A stretch of 56,059 nucleotides of DNA, from positions 1 through 56,059 of IMG/VR virus record IMGVR_UViG_3300027865_000011; one strand, written 5' to 3'. The stretch is from a virus (lineage: Duplodnaviria > Caudoviricetes). Positions 49,431 through 56,059 of the stretch are shown one piece after another (position 1 is the first letter of the stretch; each line of letters starts with the position of its first letter). The notes below the pieces were generated by a model. That model had not been told where the DNA came from, ran no database searches, and worked only from the letters and a program-made list of their open reading frames with translations. The position numbers were made by a program, and so were the translations under genes.

Positions 49431-50839
49431 CAGGCTGCCGGCGACAGGAGCCGATCCATGGCGGCCTTGTAGAGCTCGACGAGCAAGGAGACCCGCTCCT
49501 CAGAAGAGAGATCTTCTGCTGCGATGTTGGCGAGCCTCGCCGCGGGGGTGCCTGCCTCCGGAGCTCGCTTCCCTCCCTGAGGTCCCTGGCCGGCGGGAGC
49601 CACTCCTTCGGCCGCTGGCTTGCGTGTGCGCGCCACGGCATCCAACCCAGGAAGATCGATCTTCTCTACGATGGTGTTCCACTCAAAGCTCTTGCGAGTC
49701 ACGCCAGGTATGCCGAGACCTTCCTTACCAAGCGTGCATCCGAGCACCGAAGTCCAAAGCTTCTGCTTCTGGCTGATAACCATCGCCTGAAAGACTGCCA
49801 TGGCGTTGGGGAGTTCGTTCGTTGCACCGAGCTTGCCGGGGATCATGATTCCCGCCAGCTGCGGCGGCACTTGGTGGGCCGACACGATCCTCATCGATAG
49901 CGTATCGAGCATCTTGTCGAAGGAACCCTCTTCACTCGTGTCGATCCCGAGCTTCTCGAGCTGGACCTGCGCCTCTCCCGGGAAGTTGATAGCCATCGAC
50001 TTGTAGCCGTTGCCCAACCCGACGTGCTCTTGGATCTTGTTTTCGATCTGCTTCCAGTCCTCGTCGATCACTTTTTGACCGAGCACGAAGAGGATAAACT
50101 CGGGGACTCCTCGATTGTTGAAGAAGTCGTAGTTGTGCTGGAGGATCGACATCACCAACTCAATGGCAGCCACCGCCGACAACCATCGAGGCACGCCGTA
50201 CCAGCGAGACAGCGAGGAAGGATCCTTGATATGGATCACCTCGGAGAACGTGCCGGCTTGGCCTTCCACCAACTGTTTGGCAGCTCCGACGAGAGTGCCT
50301 TTGAGCCGATCCCCATCCCCAAAACGAGCGAAGCGTCTCTCCTGCCCCTCTTGCGAGAAGATCTCGTAGTGCCAATCCATCTGCGCCACGTCGTCGAGGT
50401 GCAACCAAACACCCGACGCTCGGAGGTGGTGGAGTCCCGTGATCTCGCCGCCTTGCCTCACGACTTCGATGTAGCCGTTCCCCGTGTTCTCGAAATCCTC
50501 GGCAACCTCGATGATCAGGGACTGCCAAGAGACGGTGCAAAGATCGTCCAGGATCTCTTCGGCATTCTCGTCTTTGATCCCGAGCCCGACGGATGCTCCG
50601 ATCTTCGCGGCTATGCTGGCCGAGTGGTGAGTATCCGCCGTCAGTAGTTTGCCCGTCGCCGCCATGTTGAAGGGGTGTTCTTTTCGGCCGGTCTCCACTC
50701 CCTGGTTGGACGCAGCCTCCTCCTTGTCAGCCTCTTTCGTGATATGCGTGTTCCAGGATTCTCCATCTCGTAGCCGTGGAAATAGAGGGATCCTGGGGCG
50801 CTCTACCGCGATGACTTTGTTCTGCTCTGACTCGCTCAT
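49430..50839 (-). CDS. Portal protein (PBSX-like)
   Basis: TGNGYIEV, EVIHIK, WYGVP, FFNNRGVP, IVSAHQVPPQL. Confidence 0.9.
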   Translation of the reverse strand: MSESEQNKVIAVERPRIPLFPRLRDGESWNTHITKEADKEEAASNQGVETGRKEHPFNMAATGKLLTADTHHSASIAAKIGASVGLGIKDENAEEILDDLCTVSWQSLIIEVAEDFENTGNGYIEVVRQGGEITGLHHLRASGVWLHLDDVAQMDWHYEIFSQEGQERRFARFGDGDRLKGTLVGAAKQLVEGQAGTFSEVIHIKDPSSLSRWYGVPRWLSAVAAIELVMSILQHNYDFFNNRGVPEFILFVLGQKVIDEDWKQIENKIQEHVGLGNGYKSMAINFPGEAQVQLEKLGIDTSEEGSFDKMLDTLSMRIVSAHQVPPQLAGIMIPGKLGATNELPNAMAVFQAMVISQKQKLWTSVLGCTLGKEGLGIPGVTRKSFEWNTIVEKIDLPGLDAVARTRKPAAEGVAPAGQGPQGGKRAPEAGTPAARLANIAAEDLSSEERVSLLVELYKAAMDRLLSPAA

Positions 50840-50870
50840 GGGTACATGTATCCAAAGACTGGCTCAGGGT

Positions 50871-50900
50871 TTGCAAAACCCGAATGATCGATCCTATACT
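50871..50900 (+). promoter_or_regulatory. Sigma70-type promoter for head/tail operon
   Basis: TTGCAA-18 bp-TATACT. Confidence 0.6.
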
Positions 50901-50924
50901 CCAAGAGTCTTTCGGGGAAGCTAT

Positions 50925-52004
50925 ATGGCCAAAGGACGACGAATCAAGAGCGCAGATATCCGGTTCGTGAGCCTGTGCCCGCGCGGCATGACGGGTCTCC
51001 GTACGCTTTACAAAGCGGACGATGGGGATCCTTCCAAGGGGACGGTCACACTAGAACCCATCCTCAAAGAGGATTCCGACTTCCTCGAACGGGGCCAGCT
51101 CATCGCGGCCATCTGGGTGCCCAACCACCAAGACCGCGAAGGGGATTGGGCTGGCCCCGACGCCATCGAAAGCATGGCGCATTCTTTCGCCCGCAATGGC
51201 ATGCAGCTCGATCTGAGACACGACGAACAACCCCTCACCAAGGAGCAGGTGTTCGTCGCTGAGAGCTTCGTCATCCAAGCCGGAGACCCTCGCTTCGCCA
51301 ACTTGAAGGACTACAACGGGACCACAGTGACCGCTACGGGCGGCTGGGGTGCTGTGATCCAGATCGAAGATCAAGATCTCCGCAAGCAGTATCGTGATGG
51401 TAAGTGGGGAGGCGTCTCGCTACAGGGACCTGCCCTTGTCGTAGAAGAGGACCCCCCCGCTTCGGCTCGCTTCGAGAAGATGCGGAAACAACTGGACGGA
51501 GATTCCGACATGACATCAGAGGAACTGGCAGAAGCAATCGCGGCCGGAAACAAGACTCTTCTCGGCGGACTGGCCACGCTGTTCAAGGAAGCCGGCATCC
51601 TGCAGAAAGCCGACGATCAGCCGGCTCCTGCGGCCAAGAAGACCGAGATCGATCTCACCGACCCGGCCGCCGTTCGAAAGCACCTCGCGGCCATGGAACT
51701 CGCCGCGATCGATCCCGATGACCCCGCCGCCTTGAAGAAGCATCTCGAGAAGCTCGAGAAGGCCTCCGATACGCCGGACGCCAAGGAGCCCGACGACTCC
51801 CCCGAGCTGCAGAAGGCGAAGGCGGATTTGGCGAAAGCCCAACTGCGGTGCAAACACCTCGCAGGAGCCTCCAACCAAAACGCCGATGGCGCCAACGCCG
51901 GCGACGACGAAACCGAACCCGTCCACCTGAAGAAGTGTTTCGACATGGCCAACGCCATGGCAGCGCACGCCAACGGGGTACCTCTGGAGAAGAAGGCAAG
52001 CTAG
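50925..52004 (+). CDS. XkdF-like prohead protease with C-terminal scaffold
   Basis: VSLC..G, VP...DREGD, IESMAH.F, DLRH, ESFV, GVSLQG; acidic helical C-half. Confidence 0.85.
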   Translation: MAKGRRIKSADIRFVSLCPRGMTGLRTLYKADDGDPSKGTVTLEPILKEDSDFLERGQLIAAIWVPNHQDREGDWAGPDAIESMAHSFARNGMQLDLRHDEQPLTKEQVFVAESFVIQAGDPRFANLKDYNGTTVTATGGWGAVIQIEDQDLRKQYRDGKWGGVSLQGPALVVEEDPPASARFEKMRKQLDGDSDMTSEELAEAIAAGNKTLLGGLATLFKEAGILQKADDQPAPAAKKTEIDLTDPAAVRKHLAAMELAAIDPDDPAALKKHLEKLEKASDTPDAKEPDDSPELQKAKADLAKAQLRCKHLAGASNQNADGANAGDDETEPVHLKKCFDMANAMAAHANGVPLEKKAS

Positions 52005-52060
52005 GGAGAGCAGACTCTTCCAGAGGCCTCTTTTCCAAGAACTGAGTAGGAGACAAGCAC

Positions 52061-52492
52061 ATGGCGCTCACACCTCGAAGCCTACGAACCACGAGTACCG
52101 CGGCGGCGCTGTTGCGAATCAACTCGATTCTCAACACTCCGCAGACCTTCGCCGCCGACGCCGGAGCAGCGACTGTGGAGCTGGTGGCCGGCACTCCCGT
52201 GGCCTTCAACACATCGACCAACCTCTGGGTCCCCTGGGTCCAAGGCGGTTCGAACGGTATCGACATCATCAGCGGCATCGTCTGGCCGGACTCGATCACC
52301 ATCCTGGCAACCGGAGGTGGAGAAGTCATCGGCAGCGTCATGCGGCGCGGCGAGATCCACTACGAGGATTTCCAGCTTCTCGCAGCTCAGGGAACCGCAG
52401 CGCAGCTCATCACCGCCCTACAAGAGGGTGGCTCCGCCGCGGCTCTGCGTACCCTCGGTATCGATGTCAAGGGTCTGGACTTGGTCATCTGA
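52061..52492 (+). CDS. Head decoration protein
   Basis: Between scaffold and capsid; AGTPV, W.PW, GIV, GEIH. Confidence 0.7.
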   Translation: MALTPRSLRTTSTAAALLRINSILNTPQTFAADAGAATVELVAGTPVAFNTSTNLWVPWVQGGSNGIDIISGIVWPDSITILATGGGEVIGSVMRRGEIHYEDFQLLAAQGTAAQLITALQEGGSAAALRTLGIDVKGLDLVI

Positions 52493-52550
52493 TCGTCTCC
52501 CGATGATCGGAAACTGACTTCAAGGAACAAGAAACACAGGGGAGGCAAGG

Positions 52551-53627
52551 ATGCCCACGATCACGGAACTCGAATGGCAGACAATGTCGAGGGTTCTCGA
52601 AGAAGTACGCACGCCGTACCACTTCGTGACCCAACTGCTCTTCAACAACTTCAACACGAATCCGACCGAGAACATCGCAATCGACTCCTGGGTCGCTGGC
52701 CGTCTGATGGCTCCCTTCGTGACTCCAGGAGCCGGTGCCCAGCTGATTACCGGCATGTCCACCCGGCAGTCGATCGTGACCGCGCCTTCCATCCGGGCCA
52801 AACGCCCGTTCACTGCGCGGCAGCTTTTGACTGCTCGAGTCCCGGGATCTCCCGTGTTCGCGAATGACGGCAGTCCGGTGCTCAGCGCCGCGGCTAAGCG
52901 GGTCGCTCACGACCTGAAGTACGCTCGCGAGCAGATCGATCAGACTTTGGAATGGATGTGCTGCCAGGTTCTGACAGGCACGCTCACCTACAACATCGCC
53001 CTCACGGACGGTCAACTCGGGGATTCCTTCACGATCGACTACGGCCGCCCCGCGGGGCATACCGTGACTCTGACGAGCAACGATACGTGGGATACCGCGC
53101 TGGCTTCTGCCACGTCCCTCCCGCGGCAACACGTCACGGCCGTGAAGGAGCTGATCTCGGACACAGTCGGACTCGCCCCCACCGACTGCATCATGGGATC
53201 AGCCGCGGCCGACGCCTGGATCGCGAACGAGAGCATCCGGGAAGACCTCGACAATCGTCGCATCGTGCCCGGAAGCATGACCCTGGTGGAGCAGTTCCGG
53301 CAGTCCGGTGCGATCTTCCTCGGGGAAGTCTACGGCATCCGCTGGTGGAGGTATGCCCGTTCCGTGTCGGATCCCTTCGGCACCGCCACCCTACTCGTCG
53401 CGGCGGACGCGGCGCATTTCGTGGCCGCCACCCCCGGCGCCGAGAACGTCGTCGAGTACGGCGCCATCCAGGACCTGGAAGCTGCCGAGCAAGGAATGCT
53501 CGAGACTCGCTTCTTCTCGAAGTCCTGGCGGCAGAAGGACCCCAGCGCGGATATGTACCTCTGGGAGTCTCGCCCATTGCCCGTGGCGCGGCGGCCCGAG
53601 TCGATGGTGACCTACATCGTCGTTTGA
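52551..53627 (+). CDS. Major capsid protein (lambda E family)
   Basis: MAPFV.P, EWMC.Q.L.G, IDYG, KSW...DPS, ESRPLP. Confidence 0.92.
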   Translation: MPTITELEWQTMSRVLEEVRTPYHFVTQLLFNNFNTNPTENIAIDSWVAGRLMAPFVTPGAGAQLITGMSTRQSIVTAPSIRAKRPFTARQLLTARVPGSPVFANDGSPVLSAAAKRVAHDLKYAREQIDQTLEWMCCQVLTGTLTYNIALTDGQLGDSFTIDYGRPAGHTVTLTSNDTWDTALASATSLPRQHVTAVKELISDTVGLAPTDCIMGSAAADAWIANESIREDLDNRRIVPGSMTLVEQFRQSGAIFLGEVYGIRWWRYARSVSDPFGTATLLVAADAAHFVAATPGAENVVEYGAIQDLEAAEQGMLETRFFSKSWRQKDPSADMYLWESRPLPVARRPESMVTYIVV

Positions 53628-53663
53628 TCCTTTTCGAGGCAGACACCTTCAAAGAGCAAGCAC

Positions 53664-54086
53664 ATGGATGATCCCACCTACATCGCCAGAACAACGATCT
53701 TGCACAACGGCAAGAAGATCGAGGCTGGAACACAACTCACCTTCGAAGATAACGCAGATCTTCGGGACGAGTTTCTTCGAAAAAGAGCCGTCGTGCTTCT
53801 TGGTTCTCCGGAAGCCACGTCCCTCTCTTTGAGGGGACGCCAAACGACCATGGTCCAGAAGCCGGCGGAGCCGCCGAAGGGGAGGGATCCCAAGGGTCCG
53901 GCGGCTCCGCCCCCCGGCAAGAATTGCCAGGTCCAACACCTCTTCGCGTTCTCCGCGCAGCAGCTCGCCGGCAAGTCCCTCGACGATCTCAACACGATGA
54001 TCCTCGAGAGGGATTCCGACGTGGCCCCTTACGAGACTCCAGAGGAGGCGCGCGCCCACCTCATGAAGGATGCTACGAAGGACTGA
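53664..54086 (+). CDS. Hypothetical protein (packaging chaperone position)
   Basis: ILHNGKKIEAG motif; follows capsid. Confidence 0.5.
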   Translation: MDDPTYIARTTILHNGKKIEAGTQLTFEDNADLRDEFLRKRAVVLLGSPEATSLSLRGRQTTMVQKPAEPPKGRDPKGPAAPPPGKNCQVQHLFAFSAQQLAGKSLDDLNTMILERDSDVAPYETPEEARAHLMKDATKD

Positions 54087-54094
54087 TCTGATCC

Positions 54095-54643
54095 ATGGCC
54101 GACGCTACTCCGATGTTCCAGACGAAGAGCAACCTTCTAGGTCTCTTGCGTCTCTCCGCCTTAGGCGCGAACACCGACGCCGACGAGCAGCTCGACGGCG
54201 CCATTCGGGAAGCTCGTGAGTTCTTCTGGCGCACGCTGGGATTGGTGCGCCTCGATGAGCTGATCGCTCTGTCCTTCGTCGATCCTCCGGTCACCAACGA
54301 CGACCATATGAGGCAGCTCGCTCTCACGATCGAGTTCTATCGCTGTCGTTGGTTCTTGTTCCCCCTCTACACCGCCCACTACAAAGATGGCGGCGCAGCA
54401 CCATTTCAGGAGTGGAGCCAAGAGGCTGCCTTCCGCAACCTGAACCCCTTCGCGGCCGATCGCCTGCGCTCGAAGCTACTCGACGAAATCAACGATGCGA
54501 TGGACATTCTCTCCCAAGAAGAGCTGCCGGGAGAAGAGACCGTAAGCCGGGTGTCCACGATCGGGTTGCCTGACAGCGCGAATCCTCCGATCGTTCTCGG
54601 AGAGAGTGTTATCGCAGGGGGGATCTTCCGTGGCCTCCCCTGA
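54095..54643 (+). CDS. Putative head-tail adaptor
   Basis: Position and size. Confidence 0.5.
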   Translation: MADATPMFQTKSNLLGLLRLSALGANTDADEQLDGAIREAREFFWRTLGLVRLDELIALSFVDPPVTNDDHMRQLALTIEFYRCRWFLFPLYTAHYKDGGAAPFQEWSQEAAFRNLNPFAADRLRSKLLDEINDAMDILSQEELPGEETVSRVSTIGLPDSANPPIVLGESVIAGGIFRGLP

Positions 54644-55115
54644 AGTGCTCGCGCTTGATGCGTGGAAACCTCGGATCTGGAAGCATCTGCACGATCTATT
54701 CGTGAGGCTCCCCATCGGCAAATTCTATCGATGGTCTCCGGACTCCTCGACCGGCGATGTCAACTTCGAAAAGAATGCCGCTTTCGAGATCACGCCAACG
54801 GGTTTCTCCGCAAATGAAACCTCGACGAATGTCGGGGCCTCCGAGAACAAGCGCGATCTTCTCCGCGAACGAGAGTTCTTGACCTGGGAAGTGCTCCTGA
54901 CCTTCAAGGAAGAAGCACTGACCGAATACTTCGACAGCGAGCTTTTCAAAGTGGGGGAGCACGCAATTCCTATGGGCGTCGCGGATGACAACACGCGGAT
55001 CCCGCCCATTTGGCTGAACGTGGCTCAGATCGATTTCACACATCCGCCCATGCACGATGCCTCCAATGGTAGCTTCGTGCGTTACACGTTGCAGATGATC
55101 CCAGGAAGGATCTAA
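54630..55115 (+). CDS. Putative tail completion protein
   Basis: Directly before tail tube. Confidence 0.45.
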   Translation: MASPEVLALDAWKPRIWKHLHDLFVRLPIGKFYRWSPDSSTGDVNFEKNAAFEITPTGFSANETSTNVGASENKRDLLREREFLTWEVLLTFKEEALTEYFDSELFKVGEHAIPMGVADDNTRIPPIWLNVAQIDFTHPPMHDASNGSFVRYTLQMIPGRI

Positions 55116-55129
55116 CAGGGAGATACGCC

Positions 55130-56020
55130 ATGGGTTTCTCGACCGGACTTGCACAACCCAACGACTACATCATCGGTCGTGGGATCATCTTTTTTGCGAG
55201 CGTCAACGCCGCAGGCTTTCCTCTGGAGTTTCGCGACCTCGGCAACGCCCCCGAGTTCTCCGCGACGCTCGAGACGGAGAAGCTCGAGCACCAGTCTTCC
55301 CGCGCCGGTCTGAAAGTGACCGATAAGGAAGTCGTGGTTGCCATCTCGGCTTCCATCTCGTTCACCGTGGACGAGATCAACCTGGACAACTTGGCGCTGT
55401 GGTTCTCGGGAGACACCACGTCGTTCAGCCAGTCCGCTACCCCCGTGGTGGGCGTCGAAAACGTGGTGCTGTCTCTCGCCAAGGCGGGGGTCGCCGAATC
55501 CGCGCTCGGCAAGTGGTACCTGCTCTACGTCCGAGCCGACATGAGCTCCGGAACGGCCTACCCGGGCACCTCGGCCGAAGTGCGGATGTACAACATCGCC
55601 GACGCGGGTTTCGCCGCCGAGAAGACAGGGAGTACGGCGCTCACCGAAGGGACCGACTACCAGGTGGATCGCATCATGGGGCGCATCTTCCTCTACGACA
55701 CCACCGCGAACCGGGCCGAGTTCCCTCTTGGCACCGAAACGCTCGACGTCGACTGGACCCCCGTGGCGCAGACCATCGAAGAGGTGGCCGGTCTCACGGT
55801 ATCCGAGATCTCCGGGGCCTTGCAGTTCATCCAGAAGAACGCCGCCAACAACTCCGTGCAGACGGAGTACCAGTTCCACAGCGTCACGCTCTCCCCGGAA
55901 GGTGATCTCGCGATGCTCGGTGACGAGTTCTCCACCATGCAGTTCACGGGCAAGGCAGAAGCCCGAGAGGCTGTAGACGCCTCCGCCCCAGTGGTGCGTA
56001 TCCGCACCTACAGCCAGTAG
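55130..56020 (+). CDS. Major tail tube protein
   Basis: Y.IGRG.I, RDLGNAPEF, EHQSSRAG, NLAL, LSPEGD motifs. Confidence 0.85.
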   Translation: MGFSTGLAQPNDYIIGRGIIFFASVNAAGFPLEFRDLGNAPEFSATLETEKLEHQSSRAGLKVTDKEVVVAISASISFTVDEINLDNLALWFSGDTTSFSQSATPVVGVENVVLSLAKAGVAESALGKWYLLYVRADMSSGTAYPGTSAEVRMYNIADAGFAAEKTGSTALTEGTDYQVDRIMGRIFLYDTTANRAEFPLGTETLDVDWTPVAQTIEEVAGLTVSEISGALQFIQKNAANNSVQTEYQFHSVTLSPEGDLAMLGDEFSTMQFTGKAEAREAVDASAPVVRIRTYSQ

Positions 56021-56059
56021 ACCTCCGCGGGCACATCTCGATAGAAGGTGCTTCTTTTC
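55846..56059. repeat. Terminal direct repeat, copy 2
   Basis: Matches 1-214. Confidence 0.97.

Noticed and set aside
1-56059. tRNA genes, reverse transcriptase/DGR, inteins
   Set aside because: None recognised by eye; tRNAscan and HMM searches not run

Overview
The window appears to be a complete, circularly permuted genome of a GC-rich tailed dsDNA phage (siphovirus-like): bases 1-214 repeat at 55846-56059, giving a unit of about 55,845 bp. Modules: (1) head and tail genes on + from 50925 across the junction to 18296 (XkdF-like protease/scaffold, decoration protein, lambda-E-like capsid, tail tube, chaperones, 1646-aa tape measure, BR0599-type hub, NlpC/P60, central tail protein, beta-helix spike); (2) a minus-strand block with thyA, putative TerS, TerL and a Mu gpF-like gene; (3) an AT-rich, iteron-rich control/origin region at 24.8-25.7 kb; (4) early small genes behind duplicated promoter/operator/RBS cassettes; (5) a tyrosine recombinase region marked by 13-bp-period GGACTCG arrays; (6) a replication block (Dda-like helicase, primase-helicase, PD-(D/E)XK nuclease, SF2 helicase, SSB-like, two-frame C5 methyltransferase, family A polymerase); (7) RuvC-like and portal genes. 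The most notable observations are an EcoHK31I-type methyltransferase beta frame running without a stop into the DNA polymerase, the GGACTCG arrays and repeated junctions around the recombinase, two nested starts sharing an identical 18-mer, and two candidate programmed frameshifts. All family calls come from reading motifs by eye, not from database searches. Host not determinable.
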